Below the pieces are notes generated by a model. It saw nothing but the letters and a program-made list of their open reading frames with translations, was not told where the DNA came from and made no database searches. A stretch of DNA of 64,000 nucleotides from an uncultured Clostridia bacterium (GTDB taxonomy: Bacteria > Bacillota > Clostridia > TANB77 > CAG-508): contig CAKPGC010000007.1 in NCBI GenBank assembly GCA_934154445.1, positions 5,763 through 69,762 of the forward strand, given 5' to 3'. Below are positions 53,701 through 64,000 of this stretch, in pieces (the stretch's first letter is position 1; each line of letters opens with the position of its first letter). The translations under genes were made by a program, and so were the position numbers.

Positions 53701-55065
53701 CTATTTTTCTTCTATATCTATTTTTAATAAACTTCTTGTTATTACTGCATTATAAGTTGCAATCATTATTAATCCCCAGAATGTTATCATTCCAAAACTG
53801 CTTATAGGTATCCATTTTATAAAACAAAATACTATTGTTATTAAACAAATTGGTATTATTCTGCCAAAGAATTTTTTATATGTTTCTAATGTAGCTTTAT
53901 TTACTATATTATTATTTTTTTCTATATTATTCAGAATCATAACTGTAAATATATAGTTTAAAATCAATATTGTCAAAATTCCAAATATTGATTCTATTGA
54001 AATAACAACATTTGCATATCTTATTAATAATAAATATAAAGCCACTAATCCAACATAAGAAATTCCTGCTAACAATCCTTTTGTCTTATATTTGATTATT
54101 AAAGCAATTAAACCAATAACTACTACAATTAATACTGCAATTACTATAAGTCCTAAATCTTGTTTACTTATATCTGATAATATATATTGATTTTTTTCTA
54201 TATCATATTCTACTGGTAAGTTTCCATTATTTAATACTGTTGCAATATTTTGTGCTTGTGAAATATAATTTTGCAATGTATCTGTGTCTGTTGTTGCAGA
54301 ACCTATTGATAATTGTATTTTTCCTGTTGTTATTGGTTCATCAAAGCTTGTTGTCATTATTTCATCATCATCTATTTTCATTTTTATTTGCTTTTGGGTT
54401 GATTTATTTGTTGAGTTTTCTGTCTCAGTGTTTTCTGTAGTGTTTTCATCTGATTCTGTGTTATTTTCGTCTGATGATGTTGTGTTACTTTCTTTTGAAG
54501 TAGCATAAGTTTTGCTTATATCTTCTAATTTACTTTTTCCATCCTTATTAAAAGCTATTTCTAAATATACAGATGTTCCTGATGTTGTTGTATTGTATAA
54601 AACATTTGCTGATTTTAAATTGTTGTTATTTAATAATACTTCTTCTGTTTCATTGTCTATAATTTCAAATTTTCCTACTGTACTTAAATTTGAGACCAAA
54701 GTATCTGTTTTGGTGTTTTCTGGTATTTCTATTATTATTTCACCTGTTTTTGTATTTAAGCTGATATTATATTCCTCAACTCCTAATGCTTTTAATCTTC
54801 CTTCCAAAACTTTTTTAGATTTATTAAAGTTGTCCTCTGTTTTTTCCTCATCACTTGTATCATCTTTTATTTTTAATTTTATTGTTCTTGCACCTTCTAA
54901 ATTCATTGAGTATGAATAATCTTTTATTGTGTTACTCATTTGGTTCTTATTTTGTTTGTATATACCAAAAAATCCTATCATTGATATCAAAATAATTAAT
55001 AAAACAATTGTTAATATTTTTATTGTTTTTATTACATTTTTATTATTTGTACTTTGTTTTTTCAT
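53701..55065 (-). CDS. SecD-like membrane protein (454 aa) with an N/T/E-rich low-complexity insert. Assignment uncertain.
   Basis: N-terminal TM, large external domain, ~6 C-terminal TM helices; weak resemblance to SecD. Confidence 0.35.
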   Translation of the reverse strand: MKKQSTNNKNVIKTIKILTIVLLIILISMIGFFGIYKQNKNQMSNTIKDYSYSMNLEGARTIKLKIKDDTSDEEKTEDNFNKSKKVLEGRLKALGVEEYNISLNTKTGEIIIEIPENTKTDTLVSNLSTVGKFEIIDNETEEVLLNNNNLKSANVLYNTTTSGTSVYLEIAFNKDGKSKLEDISKTYATSKESNTTSSDENNTESDENTTENTETENSTNKSTQKQIKMKIDDDEIMTTSFDEPITTGKIQLSIGSATTDTDTLQNYISQAQNIATVLNNGNLPVEYDIEKNQYILSDISKQDLGLIVIAVLIVVVIGLIALIIKYKTKGLLAGISYVGLVALYLLLIRYANVVISIESIFGILTILILNYIFTVMILNNIEKNNNIVNKATLETYKKFFGRIIPICLITIVFCFIKWIPISSFGMITFWGLIMIATYNAVITRSLLKIDIEEK

Positions 55066-55080
55066 TTTATTTCCTCCATA

Positions 55081-55740
55081 TTATAGTAGTTTTGTATTAT
55101 TTATTATTAATTCAAACCATAGTTTTAAAAATTTTGCTGCATATTTACTCATCATTGTTCTATCCATAAATATTTCAAAATAATCTAAAACTGGACATAT
55201 TTTTGTATCTATTGTTAAATTTAATAGCAGTTTTCTTTCTTCTGAATCTAATGTTAGTTCTGCATTTGTTACAGCATAATTAACTCTATCATGTATGTCG
55301 AAGTTTGATAAGTTTCTATTTACCACCCTATCTCTGTGCACATCAGATTTATCTGCAAGTATTAATGCTGCTGATATATCACTAATTGCATTCCCAGTTT
55401 TTTCATCATGGTTTCCTATTGCCATCATTATTTCTGTTCTTTCTTCTACTGGCATCCCCATATCTTTTAGAATGTTATATGCTAAAATCGCACCGCTATG
55501 TGCATGATCTACTCTGTTTACACAATTTCCTATGTCATGCATATATCCTGCTATTCTTGTTAATTCAACTGTTCTTTCTGGATATCCTAATTTTTCTAAT
55601 ATATCTCCTGCTCTTTTGGATACTATTGATATATGTCTGTGTGAATGTTCTGTATAACCTAATGCATTTAATTGTTTTTGTGCTCCTCTTATCAAAGCAT
55701 CTACTTCAGGATTTTCTTTAACATCTTTTAAAGTTATCAT
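55081..55740 (-). CDS. HD-domain phosphohydrolase
   Basis: HxxH...HD...H...H...D pattern (HRHISIV, YMHDIG, NHDE); 219 aa. Confidence 0.75.
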   Translation of the reverse strand: MITLKDVKENPEVDALIRGAQKQLNALGYTEHSHRHISIVSKRAGDILEKLGYPERTVELTRIAGYMHDIGNCVNRVDHAHSGAILAYNILKDMGMPVEERTEIMMAIGNHDEKTGNAISDISAALILADKSDVHRDRVVNRNLSNFDIHDRVNYAVTNAELTLDSEERKLLLNLTIDTKICPVLDYFEIFMDRTMMSKYAAKFLKLWFELIINNTKLL

Positions 55741-55921
55741 TTGTTTCCTCCTTTAGTCTTTTTAAATTTTATATTAATTTAATAAAAATATCAACTATTT
55801 TTTATAAATTTCTAATTATATATATTATTATATTATGTTTTGTTATTCTAATTGTTATGCAAAAAAGAACTTTATAATGATAAAGTTCTATGATAAAGTT
55901 CTTCTTTGCCTTATAATGTTT

Positions 55922-55997
55922 TGGAGCTTACAACGGGAATCGAACCCGTGACCTCAGCCTTACCAAGGCTGCACTCTACCTACTGAGCTATGCAAGC
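55922..55997 (-). tRNA. tRNA-Thr (anticodon GGT)
   Basis: Reverse complement gcttgcatagctcagtaggtagagtgcagccttggtaaggctgaggtcacgggttcgattcccgttgtaagctcca; anticodon loop ttggtaa. Confidence 0.9.
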
Positions 55998-56060
55998 ATT
56001 TATAAAAATTAATATTATAAATTGGAAGTTAGACTTTAAAAGTCTAATTTCCAACTTAAT

Positions 56061-56696
56061 TTAAAATATATTTTTTATTGCTTTTTTTCTTATTCTTTGA
56101 ATAGCATTATCTACTGATTTTATTGGAGTATCTAATTTTTTGGCAATTATTTCATAAGTTTCCCCTTGCATATATCTCTCTAATACCTTCTCCTCAAATT
56201 TGCTTAGAGATTTACTCATAGTATTTTGGATTTCATTAAAATACTCTCTTTTCATTATTGTTTCTAATGGATCTTCTATTGTATCGACTTCGAATGTCTC
56301 TATTAATTCTGTTCCATCTTCATCATTATCATAAGCAGATGTATTTAAAGACAAATAGGAATTTAGTGGTATATGTTTTTGTCTATTTGAACTTTTAATA
56401 GCTGTGATTAATTGTCTCTCTACACATAAGTTTGCAAATGTTTTAAATGTATTTTGTTTGCCACTATCAAAATTTTTTATTGCTTTATATAGTCCTATCA
56501 TTCCTTCTTGTATAATGTCCTCTTTTTCTGCTCCGATTATAAAATATTTTCCAACTTTGGAATTAACTAGGTCTTTGTATTTTTCTAATAGAAAGGATAA
56601 TGCCTGCTCGTCCCCTTCTTTTATTTGAGATATTATTTGTTCATCTGTTAAGTTTCCATATTTTTCTGTTGTATAATATACGTTTTCTTTTTGCAT
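56061..56696 (-). CDS. sigH: RNA polymerase sigma-H factor (early sporulation)
   Basis: Strong similarity to Spo0H regions 2-4 (EDIIQEGMIGLYKAIKNFD, RQKHIPLNSY, SVDNAIQRIRKK). Confidence 0.85.
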   Translation of the reverse strand: MQKENVYYTTEKYGNLTDEQIISQIKEGDEQALSFLLEKYKDLVNSKVGKYFIIGAEKEDIIQEGMIGLYKAIKNFDSGKQNTFKTFANLCVERQLITAIKSSNRQKHIPLNSYLSLNTSAYDNDEDGTELIETFEVDTIEDPLETIMKREYFNEIQNTMSKSLSKFEEKVLERYMQGETYEIIAKKLDTPIKSVDNAIQRIRKKAIKNIF

Positions 56697-56730
56697 GTAT
56701 TCTTAATACCTCCAAATGTTCTTTTTGTCA

Positions 56731-56759
56731 TTATATATTTGCAAACCCCGAAAAGTCAA
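56731..56759 (-). promoter_or_regulatory. Putative sigma-A promoter of sigH (TTGACT ... TATATAAT)
   Basis: The reverse complement contains TTGACT, a 16-18 nt spacer and TATATAAT, ~35 nt upstream of the SD. Confidence 0.45.
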
Positions 56760-56777
56760 GAGTTTTTACAAAAAATT

Positions 56778-56813
56778 AGCATATTGTTTTATTTTATTTT
56801 AAAACAATATGCT
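56778..56813. terminator. 14-bp perfect hairpin (AGCATATTGTTTTA...TAAAACAATATGCT) between the GH18 gene and sigH. Likely terminator.
   Basis: Inverted repeat with a 9-nt loop and T-rich flanks on both strands. Confidence 0.65.
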
Positions 56814-56820
56814 GTATTTA

Positions 56821-58524
56821 CTATTTATTTATTTCTTGTTTTAAGAATGTCCAAAAATCATCTGTTTCCATACCTTTTTCCCAAGATGCTACACCACCTA
56901 AATTGTTGTTTTTAATTAAACTGATTTTTGCTTTTAGTGACTCTTCATCTTCTATCCACATTTTTTTAGTATATGAACCATCTTTATATTCCACATAGTA
57001 TTGTTTTAGATTGTCATCCCATTGTTTTTCAATGCCATTTGGAATTGTTTTTTCTATGTTTTTCATTGATACAGTTATTGGCTGTTTTACAAGTTTTCCT
57101 GAACTATCTTCTGTCCATAATCTTGTATATAATGGAATTGCCAATATTATTTTGTTGCTCTGTATTTCTTCTGTTTTTAAAAATTTATTAAGACTTAAAT
57201 TTACCCAGTCATATCCTGCAGTTGTTCCTGATTTATTACTTGATGTTCCATATTGGTCATAAGCCATAAATACTATATAGTCTGCCACGTCGCCTATTAC
57301 ATGTCTGTCAAAGCACATTGACCATGTTTCAGATCCATCTGGTGCTGTCACATCAACAGAAACAACCATTCCCATATCTTTTATTCTTGGTGTTAATTCT
57401 ATTATAAATCTTGAATACATATTCTTATCTTCTTGTTTCATATTTTCAAAATCAATATTTATACCATCTAATTTATATTTAACACATGCCGTTACTATAT
57501 TTTCTATTAATTTTTGTCTTTTATTATAATCATTCATAATCTCAGAAGTAATTTTCATCATGCCATCTCCTGCATTTTGAACCATTGGCCAAACTTTGTA
57601 TCCATTATTGTGTGCCCACTCTATGTATTCTTTTCCAGCTTGTCCAACATTTTCAGTCAACTCTCCTTTAGAATTTAAATGGAAAAATGCTGGTGATACA
57701 ACATTTACCCCATCCATTGTAACTCCTGTTCTATCAGGTGCTGTTGCAACTTCTGAATAGTAATCCCATACTAAATTTACTTTTTCTTCTATCTGTTTTG
57801 ATGTTTGAATCTCTTCTCTTACTACAACCGTATTTGTAATCTTATTTGATTTTATATATCCTAATTTTCCATTTTCAGTTCTAATTCTTGCATACCCATT
57901 TTCTTCAGATACTACGATCACATAACTTCCTTTTTTTATTCTGTCTACTGTTTTAGCAATTAATTTTTTTGAAGATTTTACTGATACATTTTTCGTAATT
58001 ATTGCTTTCTTTTGTTCTTTAGATACAGAATCTATTGTTAATACTTTTGAGTTTTCTATATATTTAATTTCTATACCATACACATCTTCTAGCTCTTCTA
58101 TTGGAATATAAATTGTGTCATCTTTTTTTATTGTGCCTAAATATGTATCTTTATCTGATCCATTTATATTTATTTTATTTTCTTTTAAACTAATTGTTGC
58201 AATTTTATTATCATAAGTTGTTACTATTTGTTGATTTTGTGTATCCTCATAAATATATTTATCAAAAAAATTGCCCAAGTCTTGTTTTGATATGTATATT
58301 CCATCATCTTGTACAAGTATATCTTTTTTCAAATTAGAGGTTACATTTCTATTATTTATTATTAAATTTATAGTTTTATTCTTGTCTAATATAATATAGT
58401 CATTTGCTTTATATCCTATTATTATCAATAATATTACTGCTATTATTGTTATAAATGTTTTTATTATTTTCTTTTTCTTTTTTTCAATTTTTTCCTTTGA
58501 CATTTTTACTTTTGATTCTTTCAT
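56821..58524 (-). CDS. Glycoside hydrolase family 18 protein (putative peptidoglycan/chitin hydrolase), membrane anchored
   Basis: GH18 catalytic motif LDGINIDFE; N-terminal TM; 567 aa. Confidence 0.75.
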   Translation of the reverse strand: MKESKVKMSKEKIEKKKKKIIKTFITIIAVILLIIIGYKANDYIILDKNKTINLIINNRNVTSNLKKDILVQDDGIYISKQDLGNFFDKYIYEDTQNQQIVTTYDNKIATISLKENKININGSDKDTYLGTIKKDDTIYIPIEELEDVYGIEIKYIENSKVLTIDSVSKEQKKAIITKNVSVKSSKKLIAKTVDRIKKGSYVIVVSEENGYARIRTENGKLGYIKSNKITNTVVVREEIQTSKQIEEKVNLVWDYYSEVATAPDRTGVTMDGVNVVSPAFFHLNSKGELTENVGQAGKEYIEWAHNNGYKVWPMVQNAGDGMMKITSEIMNDYNKRQKLIENIVTACVKYKLDGINIDFENMKQEDKNMYSRFIIELTPRIKDMGMVVSVDVTAPDGSETWSMCFDRHVIGDVADYIVFMAYDQYGTSSNKSGTTAGYDWVNLSLNKFLKTEEIQSNKIILAIPLYTRLWTEDSSGKLVKQPITVSMKNIEKTIPNGIEKQWDDNLKQYYVEYKDGSYTKKMWIEDEESLKAKISLIKNNNLGGVASWEKGMETDDFWTFLKQEINK

Positions 58525-58605
58525 TTTTCTTATTTCCTTTTCTTTTTTTATATACTATATCATAAATCTAAAAGTAATAAAATAGTTCTTAATTTTTTTT
58601 TTTAA

Positions 58606-59784
58606 TTATTTTAAAATTTCATTCATAACTGATGAAAAATATTTCATACTATTTAAGCATTGTTCTAGAGTATTTCCAGTTGCTCCTACTTCTATTATAT
58701 TAGCATATTTGCCAGTATGTTGATTATATCTAGATTTAGTTAGCATAATTGGCTTAAATAGTCCAGGATACATTTCTTCTGCTTTTTCTTGTACTTTTAT
58801 AGCAAATTTTAAATTTTGATTCCAATTAGGGTGCCATAATCCTCCTTCATTTGTTCCAATTACAAACATAATTTGAGCACAATAGTCTTCTCCTATCTTT
58901 ACTGTTGGTGCATAATCTGGTCTTGAGCCTATTGCATCTCTGTGTAAATCAATTATTATATCTGATGATGTTGTTTTTAACATATTATTAACCGTTTCTA
59001 ATGAACGTGTATATGAACCATTATATGCTGGATAATCATGATAAGATGTATTATGAGCTACATTTATATTATATTGTTTTAAATAATTTTCAAGTTCTGT
59101 TCCTACTCTTGTTACAGTATAGTTTAAATCTGTTGTTCTATAATTTCCTGTTTGTTCATAAGGATATTGCTGGCTTGGTGTATAACTCTCGCAACTATGT
59201 GTATGAAATATTAATATGTTTTTATTATCTATTGTTATATCTGGTTTTAAAATATCATCTGTTAAATTGTATGTTGTTTCATTTTTTATTTTTACCTTTC
59301 CATACTGAACATTAAAGCTTTCTTTTATTGGATTTTGAGTAACAACTTCTGTTAATATTCCTTGTGTACCCGCTAAAATAATCTCTTCTTTTTGTTCATT
59401 TGGACTTGTTTGTTCTTCTGAATTTTCATTTGTTTTTTCTATATTATCATATTTTTCTATTTTTTCAATTCCTTTTATACTACTTATTTCTGTTCTTAAG
59501 AATTCTTCTAAATAATTTGTTTCTTCTTCATTTTGCTTTTCTTGTTCTTCTCCATTGTATTCTTCATTAATATATGACATTGTTGGAATTGTTTTGCTTA
59601 AACAACTGGTCAAACTTCCAAATTGAAATATCTCTATCTTACTTTGTTTTTTCTCTGCTTCCTTTGTTTTAATTTTTGTAGATGAAAAATATCTTGCAGT
59701 ATATATAACAAAAATAATTGTTATTATAATTCCCACAAGATATTTTATTATATCCTTCATTTTTAATACTGTTACATTAAACAT
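58606..59784 (-). CDS. spoIIP: Stage II sporulation protein P
   Basis: SpoIIP motifs ILIFHTHSCESY and IIIDLHRDA; N-terminal TM. Confidence 0.8.
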   Translation of the reverse strand: MFNVTVLKMKDIIKYLVGIIITIIFVIYTARYFSSTKIKTKEAEKKQSKIEIFQFGSLTSCLSKTIPTMSYINEEYNGEEQEKQNEEETNYLEEFLRTEISSIKGIEKIEKYDNIEKTNENSEEQTSPNEQKEEIILAGTQGILTEVVTQNPIKESFNVQYGKVKIKNETTYNLTDDILKPDITIDNKNILIFHTHSCESYTPSQQYPYEQTGNYRTTDLNYTVTRVGTELENYLKQYNINVAHNTSYHDYPAYNGSYTRSLETVNNMLKTTSSDIIIDLHRDAIGSRPDYAPTVKIGEDYCAQIMFVIGTNEGGLWHPNWNQNLKFAIKVQEKAEEMYPGLFKPIMLTKSRYNQHTGKYANIIEVGATGNTLEQCLNSMKYFSSVMNEILK

Positions 59785-59898
59785 ATATATTCTCCTTGTT
59801 TCTTTAGTTTACTATATATATTTATATTCATACATTACTAAAAATATTCTATAACAAAAAAAGTTGCCCAAAAGGCTTATAACCTTTTGGACAATTTT

Positions 59899-61215
59899 TT
59901 ATAAATTATTTTTTAACCAGTCTTCTATATTTATGTTTTTATTATAAACATTCATATAATAATATGTTTTTCCTGAGCTTATTGTCATATATACATCATC
60001 AATTATTGGTTTAACAATTATATCTCCTGATGAATTAATTAGTGCGTATTTTTTATTTTGACAAGCAACTAACATATTATAATTTGGTATTAGCAATAAA
60101 TTAATTGCATCTTTATTGCTTGTAGCTATATATCCAAAGCTATCGTATTCGAATGGAATAATTTGTTTTCCATCCTTGTCAAATGTTCCCCACTTGTTAT
60201 CTTTTTTTGCAGGTATCATTCCATTATCTAATAAATATTTATTTTTTATATTATTTTCTTTAAATTTTGTGTTATCAATTCCAATTTGGTCATATTCAAT
60301 ATAAATTTTTATGTTTCCGTTTGAATCTATTACTCCATATTTATTGTCTTTTTTCGCTAAGTATAATCCTGACTCATTATCAATTAATTCCAAACTATCA
60401 TATAATATTTGTACTTTAGTTTCTTTATTTGAAGATATAATTCCCACTTTATTGTTGCTTGTAACTAAGAAGTCTCCTGAATATGGTAAATATTCAATAT
60501 TATCATATTTAGCTTCTATAATTGCATTTCCTCTTACATCAATTACTGCATAAGTTTTTCCGCCATTTTTGGTTACAACTAACATATTGTTAAATACTGA
60601 TTTTTGATTTGTAAAATCTTCACTTATTGCTTCATATCCATAATTTAAAACTTTTGATGAATATGTTTGTATTAAATATGGCATCGTATAAATATATATT
60701 CTTTGTTTTTCTTCATCGTACTGAAATGACATATTAAATGCATTTTCCAATGCATCTGTGGTTGCATATAATTTTCCATTAATTGCTTTTACTGGTTTAG
60801 ATGCATAATAAGATTCATAATTTGATGTATTATTTGATATTTTTAGTTTATATATTTTATTTGAGTTTAAAACAAAATTTGCAACTTCATTTGAATTTTG
60901 TATATAACATTTATTTGCATCTTCTGATTTAGCTGTATATTCTCCATTATAACTTTCATATCCCAAATATGTTGCTATATCTCTTATTGGAAAATATATT
61001 TCTCCGTCTGATTCAACAACCATCATTTCTTTTACTTTTTCGTTTGTGCTTCCATTTATGTAAAGTCTTAATTCACTATTTTGTATATATATTATTGCTA
61101 TGTATATTCCTATTATAAATATAATTAATAATGCTATTATTGCAATTATTATTTTAGCAATTGTTTTAGAATTATCTTTTTTTTCTGTTTCAAAACTTTC
61201 ATCAATTAAATTCAT
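59899..61215 (-). CDS. WG-repeat (KWG-like) membrane-anchored protein
   Basis: Repeated K(Y/W)G(V/T)(I/F)D..G motifs; N-terminal TM. Start at ATG MNLIDE after GGGGGGA; the upstream TTG is not used. Confidence 0.65.
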   Translation of the reverse strand: MNLIDESFETEKKDNSKTIAKIIIAIIALLIIFIIGIYIAIIYIQNSELRLYINGSTNEKVKEMMVVESDGEIYFPIRDIATYLGYESYNGEYTAKSEDANKCYIQNSNEVANFVLNSNKIYKLKISNNTSNYESYYASKPVKAINGKLYATTDALENAFNMSFQYDEEKQRIYIYTMPYLIQTYSSKVLNYGYEAISEDFTNQKSVFNNMLVVTKNGGKTYAVIDVRGNAIIEAKYDNIEYLPYSGDFLVTSNNKVGIISSNKETKVQILYDSLELIDNESGLYLAKKDNKYGVIDSNGNIKIYIEYDQIGIDNTKFKENNIKNKYLLDNGMIPAKKDNKWGTFDKDGKQIIPFEYDSFGYIATSNKDAINLLLIPNYNMLVACQNKKYALINSSGDIIVKPIIDDVYMTISSGKTYYYMNVYNKNINIEDWLKNNL

Positions 61216-61236
61216 TTGTAATCCCCCCAAAAAATA

Positions 61237-62364
<1,128 letters not shown>

Positions 62365-62368
62365 CTAA

Positions 62369-62400
62369 GTTGTCAACAGGGAATGCCCCTTTCTGACAAC
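62369..62400 (-). promoter_or_regulatory. Stable stem-loop 2 nt upstream of the tgt Shine-Dalgarno
   Basis: GTTGTCA..AGGG-aatgc-CCCT..TGACAAC (7 + 4 bp), directly followed by TTAGGAGG. Confidence 0.4.
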
Positions 62401-62475
62401 TTTTATTTTTTCTATTTTTTCATATTTATAATTAATTTACAAAAGTTATCAAAAAGGGTTATCCTTATTGACAGA

Positions 62476-63501
62476 TTATTTTATAAACATTGCATCTCCA
62501 AAACTAAAAAATCTATATTTTTCTTCTACTGCTTGTTTATATGCTTTCATTATATATTCTTTTCCTGCTAATGCTGATACGAGCATTAATAATGTTGATT
62601 GTGGTAAATGGAAATTTGTAATTAATCCATCTATACATTTAAATTTATATCCAGGATAAATAAATATTTGTGTATCCCCTTCTGTTGGTTTTACTAATCC
62701 TGTTTTTTCATCAGCCACAGTTTCTAGTACTCTACAAGATGTTGTTCCTACTGATATTATTCTTTTTCCTTCTTGTTTTGCTCTATTTATTTTATCACAA
62801 TCTTCTTGTTTTATATAATAATGTTCTGAATGCATTTCATGTGCTTCTACAGTGTCTTCTTTTACTGGTCTAAATGTTCCTATTCCAACATGTAATGTTA
62901 CATTAGCAATGTCTATTCCTTTTTCTTCTATTTTTCTTAATAATTCTGGCGTAAAATGCAATCCTGCGGTTGGAGCTGCAGCTGAGCCATTATATTTTGC
63001 ATATACTGTTTGATATCTATCTCTGTCTTTTAATTCCTCATGTATGTATGGTGGAAGAGGCATTAATCCAATTTGGTCTAATATTTCGTTAAAAATTCCT
63101 TTATAGAAAAATTTAACTTTTCTTGTTCCTCCAGGCATTATGTCTAAGATTTCAGCCTCTAATAATCCATTACCAAATATAACTTTTGTTCCTACATGAA
63201 GTTTGTTTCCAGGTCTTACAATACTTTCCCATATATCTCCTTCAATGTTGTTTAATAATAAAAATTCTACATTTGCTCCAGTTTCTTTTTTTCCATAAAT
63301 TCTTGCAGGAATTACTTTGGTATTATTTCTAACCAAACAATCTCCTGGTTCTAAATAATCTATTATATCCTTAAATGTTTTATCTTCTATTGTTTGTTTT
63401 GTTCTATCTAATACCATTAGTCTAGATTCATCCCTTTTTTCTAATGGTACTTGTGCTATTAACTCTTCTGGTAGGTTATAATCAAAATCTGATACTTTCA
63501 T
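62476..63501 (-). CDS. queA: S-adenosylmethionine:tRNA ribosyltransferase-isomerase
   Basis: Start at [17 protein letters not shown] (GGAG SD); 341 aa. Confidence 0.95.
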   Translation of the reverse strand: MKVSDFDYNLPEELIAQVPLEKRDESRLMVLDRTKQTIEDKTFKDIIDYLEPGDCLVRNNTKVIPARIYGKKETGANVEFLLLNNIEGDIWESIVRPGNKLHVGTKVIFGNGLLEAEILDIMPGGTRKVKFFYKGIFNEILDQIGLMPLPPYIHEELKDRDRYQTVYAKYNGSAAAPTAGLHFTPELLRKIEEKGIDIANVTLHVGIGTFRPVKEDTVEAHEMHSEHYYIKQEDCDKINRAKQEGKRIISVGTTSCRVLETVADEKTGLVKPTEGDTQIFIYPGYKFKCIDGLITNFHLPQSTLLMLVSALAGKEYIMKAYKQAVEEKYRFFSFGDAMFIK

Positions 63502-63527
63502 TTCTACTCCATTCTTTAATAATTTTT

Positions 63528-63977
63528 TCACTCTGTAATTATCTTTTTTATATTTTCAGCATTGTTTATAATGTTTTTGAATAACTGTCTGATTTCTTCT
63601 ATTATATTTTGTGGTTCGTAAAATTCATCTATTGAGTAAGAATACTTGAAATCCGAACTTTTTGCAGGTTTTAAAGCATATACTTCCTGTGGTAAACCAA
63701 TATATCCATTTGATGTTTTAATATTTTTGTTCATATAATCTTTATACCAGTCTTTTAATCCTATTAAGTTTTTATTTTTGTATCCATATTTTTCATAATC
63801 ATGTAATGCTGGTATTTCATATCCATATTCTTCTGAAGTTCTTTCTAATGAGTGTAAAAATTCATGTAGTAACACTTCCTCTGGGAATATATTTATTCTT
63901 GTGTCATATTTATAAATATAACTTTTAGATGAATTCGGTAGTCTTATATTTGAATATCCTATTCCATAATAATCCAT
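63528..63977 (-). CDS. Hypothetical protein with an HExxH motif (HEFLH). It may extend past the right edge of the window.
   Basis: 149-aa ORF ending just before queA. Possible minimal zinc peptidase fold; no family assigned. Confidence 0.4.
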   Translation of the reverse strand: MDYYGIGYSNIRLPNSSKSYIYKYDTRINIFPEEVLLHEFLHSLERTSEEYGYEIPALHDYEKYGYKNKNLIGLKDWYKDYMNKNIKTSNGYIGLPQEVYALKPAKSSDFKYSYSIDEFYEPQNIIEEIRQLFKNIINNAENIKKIITE

Positions 63978-64000
63978 GTACCCGAAGTCCTATCCAATCA

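Overview
The window is a low-GC (~28-30% GC), spore-forming Firmicute (class Clostridia) chromosomal core region. Almost every gene is on the minus strand. Content, left to right: a Val-Asp-Phe tRNA cluster with its own sigma-A promoter and a bidirectional terminator; dprA, folD, ligA, a small LPXTG protein, ychF; a YgjP/DUF45-like gene; a conserved pair of unknown function (IscU/NifU-like + GGGtGRT protein); an EsaG/DUF600-like immunity-type gene sitting where eno normally is in the pgk-tpiA-gpmI operon; a frameshifted recD2; dps; a frameshifted tocopherol-cyclase-like gene; a second YgjP/DUF45 paralog; a GNAT gene. Then the complete ribosomal-protein superoperon rpsJ through rplQ (S10-spc-alpha, with secY-adk-map-infA-rpmJ). 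It lacks rpmD (L30) and has a 383-nt spacer between rplW and rplB. It is preceded by gapA and a ~270-nt GC-enriched structured leader with a consensus promoter. Downstream are a GH15 enzyme, a beta-CASP MBL ribonuclease, a 521-aa K/E/I-rich unknown protein, a frameshifted ftsK, rsmD, divIVA, sepF, miaA, mutL (with an in-frame 33-nt tandem repeat), a SecD/SecF-like pair, an HD hydrolase, tRNA-Thr, sigH, a GH18 hydrolase, spoIIP, a WG-repeat protein, tgt and queA. No transposase, integrase, phage genes or CRISPR arrays are visible. Most notable: (1) a recurring ATGAACGAG...GAGTGA mini-ORF/repeat element placed immediately before the Shine-Dalgarno of several r-protein genes; (2) a uL24 carrying a Cys4 zinc ribbon and an uL17 with a ~50-aa insertion; (3) three frameshifted genes (recD2, ftsK, tocopherol-cyclase-like); (4) the orphan DUF600-like immunity gene in the glycolytic operon.
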